Shown: positions 27,387 to 37,439 of the stretch, piece after piece | Position numbering within the stretch: the stretch's first letter is position 1 | Layout of the letters: each line of letters opens with the position of its first letter | From: Candidatus Kaiserbacteria bacterium | GTDB taxonomy: Bacteria; Patescibacteriota; Minisyncoccia; Phycocordibacterales; UBA2100 | Assembly (NCBI GenBank): GCA_028286585.1 | Contig: JAQBRI010000008.1 | Location: 18,514 to 82,513, forward strand | DNA: 64,000 nt | Direction of reading: 5' to 3' | Notes under the pieces: generated by a model | Told to the model about the DNA's origin: nothing | The model's database searches: none | What the model saw: only the letters and a program-made list of their open reading frames with translations | Program-made: the position numbers and the translations under genes

Positions 27387-28817
27387 CTAATGAAGTGCTA
27401 CCGATTCGGCAGATTCAGGGCTTGTACGCACTGTACGAATAAATGCATATGCGACGGTGGCTCCTATCATTGCACATATGACGCCAGCGTAATATGCACC
27501 ATGAAAACCATCTATTTGTGCAACACCAATTGGATTTCCTTCACGCAAACTTGTGCTCGTTGCTGCAGCAGCTATCCCCGAAAATATTGCAAGTCCAAGT
27601 GAGCCGCCAATTTGTTGTGCTGTTGTCAAAAGTCCCGAAGCTAGACCTGATTCACGCCCTGGTACGCCAGAGGTTGCGGCAATGGTAATAGATACAAACG
27701 AGAGACCAAGGCCGATCGGCATAATGAGAAGGCCCGGCAAGATGTGGAGATACGTACTATCAATAGTTGTGTATGTAAAGAGTATCAACCCTGTTGCCAA
27801 AAAAAATGGTGCAACAACGAGGATCTTTCGATATCCAAATGCGCGAATTGCGCGCGGCGCCTGTGTTGCAATAACACCGATCATGAGTGTAACCGGAAGA
27901 AATGCGAACCCTGTTTCAAGCGGTGAGTAGTGCAGTACGCTTTGCACATAGATTGATAGAAAGAAAAACATTGCAAACATACTCGCTGTGACCGGTAACT
28001 GTACTCCCAAAGCCGCAGCCACATTGCCTATGCGAAAAAACGAAAGAGGCATAAGCGGATGCGCGACGACTGATTCGTTGTATATAAATGCAAGCAATAA
28101 AACAACACTCAAGAATAAATATCCAAGCGTTGTAAAAGTGAGCCATCCCCATGTGTTGCCATGACTCAGTGAATACACAAGAAGCATCATGCCGCTCGTT
28201 GCAAGAATTGCGCCAGGTAGGTCAAGAGTTTTTGAACTTTCTTCGGCAGTGTGCGCTGGGAGCATTTGCCATGCAACCAAAAAGACGCCAAGTCCTACGG
28301 GCACGTTTACAAAAAAGTTCCATCTCCAATTGAGGTACTGGGTAAGTACGCCTCCAATAAGAAGTCCGGCAGTAGCGCCTCCTGCGCTCACAGCACCCCA
28401 CACAGAAAGTGCCTTGCTTCGCTCTTTGCTATCGGTAAAAATAGAAAGGACAAGAGAGAGTGCCGCCGGCGACATAAAGGCCGCGGCCAAACCTTGGAGC
28501 GCACGGAGCGGCACCAAAAGCGCAGCGTTATCCGCAATCCCAATTACAAGCGACATAACCGTAAAGCAGGCAATACCGGTTAAAAACATTCGCTTACGAC
28601 CATATAAGTCTGCTGCTCTTCCGCCCAAAAGCAGAAAGCCGCCAAATGCGAGTGTGTAGGCAGTCACTATTCCTTGTAGGTCAGAAATACTGAGGCCAAG
28701 ATCTGCCTGCATCGAAGGAAGTGCCACGTTCACAATCGAGACGTCGAGCACAATCATAAACTGAGCAATCGCAAGAATTGCAAGATCGTACCATCTTTGT
28801 TTTGAAGAATGTTCCAT
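27387..28817 (-). CDS. MFS drug:H+ antiporter, DHA2/EmrB family (14 TM)
   Basis: LDVSIVNVALP, GGRAADLYGRK and WRWNFFVNVP motifs. Confidence 0.93.
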   Translation of the reverse strand: MEHSSKQRWYDLAILAIAQFMIVLDVSIVNVALPSMQADLGLSISDLQGIVTAYTLAFGGFLLLGGRAADLYGRKRMFLTGIACFTVMSLVIGIADNAALLVPLRALQGLAAAFMSPAALSLVLSIFTDSKERSKALSVWGAVSAGGATAGLLIGGVLTQYLNWRWNFFVNVPVGLGVFLVAWQMLPAHTAEESSKTLDLPGAILATSGMMLLVYSLSHGNTWGWLTFTTLGYLFLSVVLLLAFIYNESVVAHPLMPLSFFRIGNVAAALGVQLPVTASMFAMFFFLSIYVQSVLHYSPLETGFAFLPVTLMIGVIATQAPRAIRAFGYRKILVVAPFFLATGLILFTYTTIDSTYLHILPGLLIMPIGLGLSFVSITIAATSGVPGRESGLASGLLTTAQQIGGSLGLAIFSGIAAAATSTSLREGNPIGVAQIDGFHGAYYAGVICAMIGATVAYAFIRTVRTSPESAESVALH

Positions 28818-28922
28818 AAAGCTAGAGACTTTTGCTTAGCGCAAAAGGTTATGCATGGAGTATCCCATAAAATTGGCTATTTTTCAATATATTGTTCGCT
28901 GGAGGTATTGAATGACAAACGA

Positions 28923-30116
28923 TTACGCGACCATTTTGTGACGTTTGAGATATTGAACCAACTGGCCGGCAGGCACGGTTTCTTGGGCGTTATTGGCAAC
29001 TTCGCGCACGATGACGGTGTTTTCGAGTGCTTCTTTGTGACCCATAATAAGGATAAAAGGAAACGAAAGTGTTCGTGCTCGTTCCATTTGTTCTCCCATG
29101 CGATCGTGCCACAATTCATGCAATATTGGGATTCCCGCGAGTCGAAGGACTTCGAGTATTGCGAGAGATTTTTTGCGCGCCTCGGTGCCGACATATGCGT
29201 AAAAGAAGGCAGGTTTTGCAACCACGACTGATTTAGGAGATGTAGGAATTATGGCACCTCCTTTGATCTCGCATGGGATGCTGACCATAACGGCTCCTGT
29301 TGATTTGCGAGCAAATCTGCTTGCGAGTGCATCATAACGTCCGCCAAATGCTACGGGAATGTGAATTCCTGATTCCGGGTGTGCGGCACGAATTTCGAAT
29401 AGTGTGTGAGCCCAGCAATCTCGGCTGCCCAAAATTTTGCCGTCCATCTCGTAAAAAATTCTCAATGTTTCGAGATGCTCGAGCAAGTCCCACAAGCGCC
29501 GGCGCTCTTCTTCGGTTAGGTATTCAAATGCCTGCGGTGCGCGGGCAATTGCCGGGTGTCCTTTCTCGATAAGCTGTACAAGCGTGCCAACAGGGTCGTG
29601 TTCGATGCGAGGCTGGAGTGCCGGACTTATAGAATCGGTATGCTTTCGCAAGAAAATTCCAACATCGCGGACAAATCTACCCGATGATTCGGTGGTGCCA
29701 ATATTATTGATCGAGACACTTTGTTCCTGCAGACCGATCGACTGCAAAATAGCGCGTGTGACGACAATAAGCATCGTTTCTGCCAATACTGTTGAAGTGC
29801 CAAAGATGTGCAGTTCAAAATTCATCTGAGGATTGGTGCCAGTCGTACGACGTACTTTCCATGCAAGTGTAACTCCATGTGAAGGCGGCACGACAGAAAG
29901 AAATTTTCGAGCGACAGCGCTGAGCGCCTTTTCTTCGCGGCGGGCGAACAGAACATTGGATTCGACTTTTGCCACGTCGGTGTTTGAGAATTTCTTTGCG
30001 GTAGGCGAACGGGGAATGGAATCAAGTTCCTGAAAGCCAAAAAACTCTGCGGTTTTAATTGCTGATTGCATTAGCGATGCGGTGGAGCTGTAAGGAGTAT
30101 CTTTAATTTGAATCAT
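28923..30116 (-). CDS. Divergent HisRS-like protein with anticodon-binding domain
   Basis: GGRYDAL motif and C-terminal HGTP-type anticodon domain; canonical HisRS catalytic motifs not recognisable. Confidence 0.65.
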   Translation of the reverse strand: MIQIKDTPYSSTASLMQSAIKTAEFFGFQELDSIPRSPTAKKFSNTDVAKVESNVLFARREEKALSAVARKFLSVVPPSHGVTLAWKVRRTTGTNPQMNFELHIFGTSTVLAETMLIVVTRAILQSIGLQEQSVSINNIGTTESSGRFVRDVGIFLRKHTDSISPALQPRIEHDPVGTLVQLIEKGHPAIARAPQAFEYLTEEERRRLWDLLEHLETLRIFYEMDGKILGSRDCWAHTLFEIRAAHPESGIHIPVAFGGRYDALASRFARKSTGAVMVSIPCEIKGGAIIPTSPKSVVVAKPAFFYAYVGTEARKKSLAILEVLRLAGIPILHELWHDRMGEQMERARTLSFPFILIMGHKEALENTVIVREVANNAQETVPAGQLVQYLKRHKMVA

Positions 30117-30138
30117 GGTGATCAAAAATATTTGAAAC

Positions 30139-30768
30139 TTATAGATTGGTATATCGGGACATTGCAGGAAGTGTTTGGATTGAATCTAATGGATAGAGTC
30201 GAAAGAGAACGCGCCCAACGATGTCGGAGCGGGGTAATATGCCCCACATGCGTGAATCCGCAGATACTTTTCTATTATCCCCAAGGACAAAGTATTCATC
30301 TTTTTTGAGCGTGTATTGCGCGTTTGAAGTTCCTCCAAAGTCACTTGGACTTATGTACGGCTCAGAAAGAACTACGCCATCTGGATGCGCTGCGTTAATA
30401 ATAGTTACTTTTGGCTCTGTGTCGGAGAGTGAAACGGTGTCTCCGGGCAACCCAATGACACGTTTGATAAGGGCACGATCGTTCATTTGAGGTAAATTAA
30501 AAACGATAACGTCGCCACGCTGCGGCTCAGAAAACCGATACGTGAGACGATCGACTATGAGGTAATTATAATCGTGAAAATTTGGTTCCATTGAAGGACC
30601 TGAAACAATATATGGTGCGGCAATAAATAATCTAATAATAAGCGCTACTAATCCGGCGACGACAAAGGAAGTGATGAGGGATGCATCGAGAAAATTATTT
30701 TTGCGAGGAGTAGAAACTGCAGGAATTGCATTGAGTGATGAATCTTTTTGCATCACTGGATCTGACAT
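30139..30768 (-). CDS. lepB: Signal peptidase I
   Basis: SGPSMEP, IKRVIGLPGD and GDNR..SADSR motifs. Confidence 0.95.
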   Translation of the reverse strand: MSDPVMQKDSSLNAIPAVSTPRKNNFLDASLITSFVVAGLVALIIRLFIAAPYIVSGPSMEPNFHDYNYLIVDRLTYRFSEPQRGDVIVFNLPQMNDRALIKRVIGLPGDTVSLSDTEPKVTIINAAHPDGVVLSEPYISPSDFGGTSNAQYTLKKDEYFVLGDNRKVSADSRMWGILPRSDIVGRVLFRLYPLDSIQTLPAMSRYTNL

Positions 30769-30922
30769 GTAAACATTCTACTGTGCATGTGACGTTGACA
30801 CAAAGTTTTTTAAATGGTGCATCGTAAATTTTAAAATTTTACGAAAGAAAATTATTTTAGAACTTTTAAAATACAACGACTCGGAGATTTTTCTCTATAA
30901 CGCTTCGTGATATACTCACGGC

Positions 30923-31513
30923 ATGTCATTTGTAGTGGTAGGCCTTGGAAATCCAGGCGAAGAATATACAAACACCCGACACAATACGGGACGCATGGCT
31001 GTCGAAAGTTTTGCTCGTACCTGCGAAGAGGTGAATTGGAAACAAAATGCAAAAGCCAAAGCAACGGTAACAAAAGCGGTCTGTGACGGTACTTCGGTCA
31101 TGCTCGTACTGCCCGATACCTTTATGAACAAGTCAGGATTGGCTGTAATGGCGTATGTAAAATCGGTAAATGCCGCAGCGCAGCTGGTTGTGGTCTACGA
31201 CGATCTTGATTTGCCGCTTGGTGTAATCAAAATCTCGTTCGACAGAGGCAGCGGGGGACATAAAGGTATCGAATCAATAGCGCGAACACTCAAAACCAAG
31301 GCCTTTGTACGTATTCGAGTTGGTGTTTCTCCCTCGACTGCTGGCGGCAAGCTCAAAAAACCTTCAGGAGAAGATGATGTCGTTGATTTTATCCTTGGAA
31401 AATTCAAACCGAGCGAAGCAGAGGCACTGAAGCAATTGTTCAAAAAGACAAACGAAGCATTGCATACAATCGTGACCAAGGGATACGTCGCTGCAATGAA
31501 TGCTTGTAATTAA
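30923..31513 (+). CDS. pth: Peptidyl-tRNA hydrolase
   Basis: GLGNPG, TRHNTG, FMNKSG and GGHKG motifs. Confidence 0.96.
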   Translation: MSFVVVGLGNPGEEYTNTRHNTGRMAVESFARTCEEVNWKQNAKAKATVTKAVCDGTSVMLVLPDTFMNKSGLAVMAYVKSVNAAAQLVVVYDDLDLPLGVIKISFDRGSGGHKGIESIARTLKTKAFVRIRVGVSPSTAGGKLKKPSGEDDVVDFILGKFKPSEAEALKQLFKKTNEALHTIVTKGYVAAMNACN

Positions 31514-31525
31514 TATCTTGTAAGA

Positions 31526-31566
31526 AAAACAAAAATCACCGCATCGCTGCGGTGATTTTTGTTTTT
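31526..31566. terminator. Bidirectional intrinsic terminator between pth and rpsA
   Basis: AAAACAAAAATCACCGCA-TCGC-TGCGGTGATTTTTGTTTT palindrome. Confidence 0.85.
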
Positions 31567-31581
31567 CAAAATACTTGTAGC

Positions 31582-32670
31582 TTATGCTACCGGTTTCAAA
31601 GTCATTCGACGTTCCTTTGGTTCGAAGAATGTAATGATGAATGGGTACACCTTACCAAGTTCGATTTTTGATCGAAGTTCTGATTCTGTACCAAATTCTG
31701 ATACATGCACCAGTCCCGCAACTCCTTCTTCTATAGAAGCGAGTGCCCCATGCTTGTTATACTTGATGACAAGTGCCTCAACACGCTGATCCTTTTTGTA
31801 TTTTGCTGCAGCTGCATGCCATGGATCCTCGAGAAGCGCCTTGATCGAGAGCGAAACCTTGCCGTCTTTGACTTCGATGACCCGAACCTTGACGTTTTCG
31901 CCAACTTTGTAACGAGCTCGTGGGTTTTCGACGAGCGCCCAATCCATTTCAGAAATATGAACCAATCCTTCAAGGCCTTCTTCGATTTTAACGAAGACGC
32001 CAAAGTCGGTTGCTCCGGTGACAACACCTTCGAGTGTGTCTCCAACATGGTATTTCTCAACTGTTGCTGATCGTTCGGTTGAATTGGTTGCTCCCTTTTC
32101 ACTAAAGATCAACTTTTGCTCCTTTGGATTAGCGGTGATGACCTGAACCTCAATCTTGGTACCAATCATGCGCTTGAGTTCAACAAAGATTTTGTCTTTG
32201 TCTCCATCGGTTACGCGAGGATAGTGAACCTGCGAAAGCTGTGAAGCTGGCAAGAATCCACTAATACCTTGCCAATTGAGAATAAGTCCACCCTTGTTTG
32301 CATCGGTGACCTCGAGCTCGTAGACAGTTTGCTTGCTGATTGCCTGTTCTGCCTCGTGCCACATGAGAGCCTGTCGAGCTTCCTTGAGAGAGAGTTCTGT
32401 GTAGCCTTCTGCGTTATCAAAGCCGGTGATCTTGGCAGTTATAAGATCACCAATATTAACGTTTTTTAGAGTTTCTCGGGCCGAAAGGTATTCTTTTCCA
32501 AAGATGATACCTGTACCATATGGATGCAAATCCACGAATACTCGGGCACGACCAATAGCAACGATAGGTCCTTCGACCACATCATCGATTGTTGGCACCT
32601 TGACCTCTGGGTTTGAGGAAGGTTTTGCGACTGCGACGTTCAAGTCGTCGGAAACAACTTCATTATCCAT
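31582..32670 (-). CDS. rpsA: 30S ribosomal protein S1 (4 S1 domains)
   Basis: GFLPASQL, DFGVFV..EGLVHISE and GLVHVSE motifs; start MDNEV. Confidence 0.92.
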   Translation of the reverse strand: MDNEVVSDDLNVAVAKPSSNPEVKVPTIDDVVEGPIVAIGRARVFVDLHPYGTGIIFGKEYLSARETLKNVNIGDLITAKITGFDNAEGYTELSLKEARQALMWHEAEQAISKQTVYELEVTDANKGGLILNWQGISGFLPASQLSQVHYPRVTDGDKDKIFVELKRMIGTKIEVQVITANPKEQKLIFSEKGATNSTERSATVEKYHVGDTLEGVVTGATDFGVFVKIEEGLEGLVHISEMDWALVENPRARYKVGENVKVRVIEVKDGKVSLSIKALLEDPWHAAAAKYKKDQRVEALVIKYNKHGALASIEEGVAGLVHVSEFGTESELRSKIELGKVYPFIITFFEPKERRMTLKPVA

Positions 32671-32871
32671 ATAAATTATATTCACTCTGGGTGCCTTTCT
32701 ATAACTGAGAGATCCGACAAGAAAGGTATAAGCCCAATAGCACTCCTGATAAATGAGTAGGTGCACTATAGCAAAACTAAGAGAAATATGCAAAAAAATG
32801 CACCTCCTCGCGTCCAACGAGGAGGGCTGTTGCGTCGCCGAAGCGACAAAGGGAAAATACAGAACGACCGT

Positions 32872-33012
32872 TCAAACGACGCCGGCTTCCTTGAGGCTGC
32901 GGGCGTTCCGAATCGGCTTCTGGGTGGGAGATGCGATGCTGACCGCTGCGACCTCAAAAGTTGCCAGACGAACTTGATCGGAAGCATAAAAAGACCGATT
33001 GCGTTGGGACAT
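32872..33012 (-). CDS. Candidate 46-aa small protein in its own transcription unit
   Basis: TTGACA-N16-TACTAT (33085-33058), AGGAG before ATG, terminator stem 32803-32825 followed by T7. Confidence 0.5.
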   Translation of the reverse strand: MSQRNRSFYASDQVRLATFEVAAVSIASPTQKPIRNARSLKEAGVV

Positions 33013-33164
33013 GAAAAGTCTCCTACGGAAATTACTGAGGACATCCCCAGCCACTTCATAGTATTCTTCAAAAAACATGTGTCAACACTATTTAAGAAAG
33101 ATTGGGGATAAAGGTGGGGGCGGGAATTTTGGCGAGCATCCAGAGTTCTGATACAATGCGACCC

Positions 33165-33782
33165 ATGATAATCACATACCACGACGGAGCTTGTATCAAG
33201 GTTTCTGCCGGCGACACCTCTATTGTATTTGGCCCGGTCTCAAAAGAATCAAAAAAATTCAAACCAACCAACTTTGGCACCGACGTTGCCTTTGTATCGG
33301 TTAATCATCCTGACATGAATGGTGTCGAAGAATCCTCACGAGGTGATAAAAAAGCTTTTGCAATTACAGGTCCAGGAGAATACGAAATTGCAGGCATTAC
33401 GGCAGCTGGTTTTGCATCACGCTCAGAATATGGCGGAGAAGAGCGCATTAACACAATTTATTCTGTACACATGGATGGGCTTTCTGTCTTGTATGTAGGT
33501 GCACTCATCGGTGATGTACCAAACGAGGTATTGGAAATGGATTCACCCGACGTTCTTATTGTTCCAGTAAGCGGTGAAGGAACACTAAGCGCCTCAGAGG
33601 CTCAAAAACTGGGCGTTAAACTCGAATGCAAAATTATAATTCCTGTTCTTACATCAGATGCTGCAAGTAAACAACTCATCAAAGAAGCGGGTACCGAAAA
33701 TGTTTCTCCAGTTGATAAACTCACAATTAAGCCGAAGGATGTTGCAGGCAAACAAAACGAAGTCGTTATACTTAACTCCTAA
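33165..33782 (+). CDS. Degenerate metallo-beta-lactamase-fold protein
   Basis: MIITYH, VSVNHPDMN, ITGPGEYEI and DVLIVPV motifs. Confidence 0.75.
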   Translation: MIITYHDGACIKVSAGDTSIVFGPVSKESKKFKPTNFGTDVAFVSVNHPDMNGVEESSRGDKKAFAITGPGEYEIAGITAAGFASRSEYGGEERINTIYSVHMDGLSVLYVGALIGDVPNEVLEMDSPDVLIVPVSGEGTLSASEAQKLGVKLECKIIIPVLTSDAASKQLIKEAGTENVSPVDKLTIKPKDVAGKQNEVVILNS

Positions 33783-33936
33783 AATGAGCGCACTTCTGCG
33801 TTGTCTTTCAAAAAATATTCCTCACCATACAAGTAGTATGGCTCAGATTATTTTTCTCAGACGCCTTGAATTGCATCCCATTTTATAAGTTAAGGCTTGA
33901 TGATCATTGTTAGTTTTCGCGTGATACACTAGTTGT

Positions 33937-34269
33937 ATGATAATTCAGGCGACAATTGAGCATATGAAAACCCGTCCGCACCAAGAGCGCAAGGATTTTG
34001 CTGCAGCGTGTTCATTTGTAATAGTCGCGATACTTTTTCTTGGCTGGTTGGCACTTTTTGTACACAATGTGCAATCGGATGTTGCCTCGCAGCAGCAGAC
34101 GAACCAAATTTCGTCGACCGATAACAGCGCGAATGGTGCAAATGCACTTACATCGCTCAAGGAGAACATTCAAAGTTCAACCGATTCATTCGCAAACTTG
34201 CAGGCGCAGGCATCTCCTGGTAACGATCCACAAATTATAAATATTGATACGATGCCACAGGGTCAGTGA
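33937..34269 (+). CDS. Hypothetical single-TM protein
   Basis: 110 aa, one TM, Q/S-rich tail; -10 box 6 nt before ATG. Confidence 0.65.
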   Translation: MIIQATIEHMKTRPHQERKDFAAACSFVIVAILFLGWLALFVHNVQSDVASQQQTNQISSTDNSANGANALTSLKENIQSSTDSFANLQAQASPGNDPQIINIDTMPQGQ

Positions 34270-34326
34270 TTATAAAGCTGGATAAGTACTCGCATACTCT
34301 GGAAGGCTGAGGTATACTAGGACGCA

Positions 34327-36819
34327 ATGGCAGGTAAAAAAGCAAATACAGAGCCGGACGCAGCTCCAGAAGTTAGATTAGGAGGGGTTATCAGCAGATC
34401 GATTTCAACCGAGATGCGCGATAGTTATCTTGATTACGCGATGTCAGTTATTACATCTCGTGCGCTCCCAGACGTACGCGACGGCCTCAAGCCGGTGCAT
34501 CGTCGTATTCTTTTTGCAATGCAAGACGCAGGTTTGACCGCGAGCGCCAAGACTCGTAAGTCCGCAACAGTTGTTGGTGACGTAATTGGAAAATACCACC
34601 CGCATGGTGACGTCGCGGTCTATGACGCTATGGTAAAAATGGCGCAGGATTTTACAATGCGATACCCCTTGATCATTGGACAAGGTAACTTCGGATCAAT
34701 CGACGGTGATCCACCTGCAGCGTACCGATATACTGAAGCAAAAATGGCAAAGCTTGCAGCAGAAATGCTCAAGGACATCGACAAAGAGACGGTCACCTTT
34801 ACTGCAAACTACGACAACACAAAAACTGAGCCAAGTGTTTTGCCGGCTGCAATTCCAAACTTACTACTTAATGGTACGCTTGGTATCGCCGTTGGTATGG
34901 CTACCAACATTCCGCCGCACAATTTGCGCGAGGTATGTAATGCTGTAATGCATCTTATTGATACGCCAGAAGCTACAACAGAAGACTTGCTCCAGTTCGT
35001 ACAGGGACCTGATTTTCCTACAGGATGTATCGCATTCAATCAAAAAGATATTTCTCACGCCTACGCGACGGGTCGTGGCGGCGTTGTAGTGCGCGGTCAA
35101 GCCGAAATAGTCGAAGGAAAGAAAGGAGATTATCAAATTGTGATTACTTCGATTCCGTTTCGCGTCAACAAATCCGACCTACTCCAAAAAATTGCAGATT
35201 TGGTACATGAGAAAAAGCTTGAAGGTATTCGTGATGCACGCGATGAATCAGCAAAAGACATTCGTGTCGTGATCGAACTCAAAAACAGTGCCCAGCCGCA
35301 AACGGTACTCAACTATTTGTATAAGCACACCCAGCTTGAGGAAACATTCCACTATAACGTTGTCGCACTCGTCGACGGCGTACCACAAACACTTTCACTC
35401 AAGGCAATTCTTGAATATTTTATTGCACACCGAAAGGATGTCGTTACCAAGCGTACCAAGTTTGACCTTGCAAAGGCAGAGGCACGTGAGCATATATTGA
35501 TTGGTCTCAAAAAGGCACTTGATCACATTGATGAAATCATCGCGCTGATCAAAAAGAGTAAGAATGTTGATGATGCGCGGCTTTCATTGATGAAAGTGTT
35601 TAAGTTTTCTGAATTACAGGCAAATGCAATTCTCGAAATGCGACTTCAGCGCCTTGCTGCTCTCGAGCGCCAGAAGATCGAGGACGAACTTAAAGAATTA
35701 CAGGCACTGATCGAATATTTGCGCACATTGCTTGCAAGTACAAAAAAGATGATGGAGGTGATCAAGGCAGAACTTGCTGAAGTTATCGAAAAGTATGGCG
35801 ATGATCGACGAACAAAGATCGTCAAACGCGGCGCAACTATTCTTTCGACCGAAGATTTGGTTTCTGATGAAGAATCAGTACTGGTCTTAACTGCCGGTGG
35901 TTACATCAAGCGTACAAATCCGTCTGAATATCGCAAACAAAAACGAGGCGGCGTGGGAGTAGTAGACTTGGACACAAAAGACGAGGACTCGGTCACCCAG
36001 TTTGTAACTGCAACCGCTCATAGCGATATTCTCTTCTTCTCGGATAAGGGAAAGGCATATCAGCTCAAGATGTATGATCTTCCAGAAGGACGGCGTGCAA
36101 CAAAGGGTAAATCCATTCAAAATTTCTTGTCGCTCGAATCAACTGAATCGATTACCTCTGTATTGGCAATGCCAAAGGATGTAAAGGCGATGACAGGACT
36201 TTCTCTTATATTGACTACACAACAAGGTACCGTCAAAAAGACACCAGCAGCAGCATTTAAAGAGGTACGACGCTCAGGTTTGCTCGCAATTACGCTCGAC
36301 AAGACTGATGCACTCATTTCTGCAGAATTTGTAAGCAAGGGAGACAGTGTTATTTTGACGACATCCGAAGGACAGTCAATTCGATTTGATGAGAGCGACG
36401 TTCGAGAAATGGGACGACAGGCTGGCGGTGTACGAGGTATTAAGTTAGACAAGTCGGACAATGTTGTAGGCACAGGTATCATTCCAGCTGGAGCAAAAAA
36501 TGCAGAATTACTCGTACTTTCTTCAACTGGTTACGGTAAAAAGACACCACTTTCTGAATACAAAGTCCAAGGACGCGGTGGATCGGGCATCAAGACCATG
36601 TCAATTACAGCAAAGACAAAGCAGCTCGTTGGAGCAGCGGTTCTTATCAATGATGGCGGAGAGCTTGTTGCGATGAGTAAGAAAAGCCAGGCTATTCGAA
36701 CAGAGCTCAAACAAATTCCTTCACTTTCAAGAGCTACACAAGGTGTACGTGTTATGAAAATGCGTGAAGGTGACGAACTTGCATCGTTTGTCGTATTTCC
36801 AGGAGAAGATGTAGCGTAA
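34327..36819 (+). CDS. gyrA: DNA gyrase subunit A
   Basis: YHPHGD, AAYRYTE and GyrA-box QKRGGVG. Confidence 0.98.
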   Translation: MAGKKANTEPDAAPEVRLGGVISRSISTEMRDSYLDYAMSVITSRALPDVRDGLKPVHRRILFAMQDAGLTASAKTRKSATVVGDVIGKYHPHGDVAVYDAMVKMAQDFTMRYPLIIGQGNFGSIDGDPPAAYRYTEAKMAKLAAEMLKDIDKETVTFTANYDNTKTEPSVLPAAIPNLLLNGTLGIAVGMATNIPPHNLREVCNAVMHLIDTPEATTEDLLQFVQGPDFPTGCIAFNQKDISHAYATGRGGVVVRGQAEIVEGKKGDYQIVITSIPFRVNKSDLLQKIADLVHEKKLEGIRDARDESAKDIRVVIELKNSAQPQTVLNYLYKHTQLEETFHYNVVALVDGVPQTLSLKAILEYFIAHRKDVVTKRTKFDLAKAEAREHILIGLKKALDHIDEIIALIKKSKNVDDARLSLMKVFKFSELQANAILEMRLQRLAALERQKIEDELKELQALIEYLRTLLASTKKMMEVIKAELAEVIEKYGDDRRTKIVKRGATILSTEDLVSDEESVLVLTAGGYIKRTNPSEYRKQKRGGVGVVDLDTKDEDSVTQFVTATAHSDILFFSDKGKAYQLKMYDLPEGRRATKGKSIQNFLSLESTESITSVLAMPKDVKAMTGLSLILTTQQGTVKKTPAAAFKEVRRSGLLAITLDKTDALISAEFVSKGDSVILTTSEGQSIRFDESDVREMGRQAGGVRGIKLDKSDNVVGTGIIPAGAKNAELLVLSSTGYGKKTPLSEYKVQGRGGSGIKTMSITAKTKQLVGAAVLINDGGELVAMSKKSQAIRTELKQIPSLSRATQGVRVMKMREGDELASFVVFPGEDVA

Positions 36820-36896
36820 TTACTTTTTAAGTGTTTACACAGCGAGTAGTGGATTAGTGGCAATCGCAGCAAGTTTGCAGTGCTATACTAGTGTCA

Positions 36897-37439
36897 ATGC
36901 AGACAACTGATTTTGTAAACCCACGCGACGTTGTACAACATCTCAAGTTAGTGCCCGATATGCGCGTCGTTGATATGGGGGCGGGAAGTGGAGCTTATAC
37001 CTTTGCCTGCGCTGAAGTAGTGGGCGAAAAAGGAAGAGTCTATGCTTTTGATGTTCAAAAGGATTTACTGACCCGAATAACCAATGAGGCGCGCAAAAAA
37101 AATCTCCAAAATGTCGATACGATCTGGGCTGACATTGAACAACTTGGCAGTACACGTTTTTCTGACAATATCATCGACGTGGTTATTATTTCAAATATTC
37201 TCTTTCAGTTGCCCGACAAAAATTCTCCTCTCAAGGAAGCCTGTCGCATAATAAAACCAGACGGACGAGTCGTTGTTATTGACTGGTCAGAATCATTTGG
37301 GGGCATGGGGCCACACACAGACGACGTTGTTACTGCAGAAGCTGCTTTAGAGCTGATAAGGGCAAACGGGCTAGAATGTACGCAAACGTTTGTGCCGGGA
37401 GCACATCATTACGGTTATATTTGCCGCAAAAAAATATGA
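36897..37439 (+). CDS. Class I SAM-dependent methyltransferase
   Basis: VVDMGAGSG, VYAFDVQ and VVIDW motifs. Confidence 0.88.
   Translation: MQTTDFVNPRDVVQHLKLVPDMRVVDMGAGSGAYTFACAEVVGEKGRVYAFDVQKDLLTRITNEARKKNLQNVDTIWADIEQLGSTRFSDNIIDVVIISNILFQLPDKNSPLKEACRIIKPDGRVVVIDWSESFGGMGPHTDDVVTAEAALELIRANGLECTQTFVPGAHHYGYICRKKI

Noticed and set aside
30822-30844. AT-rich palindrome TCGTAAATTTTAAAATTTTACGA as an operator between lepB and pth
   Set aside because: Low complexity, single occurrence, no cognate regulator identifiable
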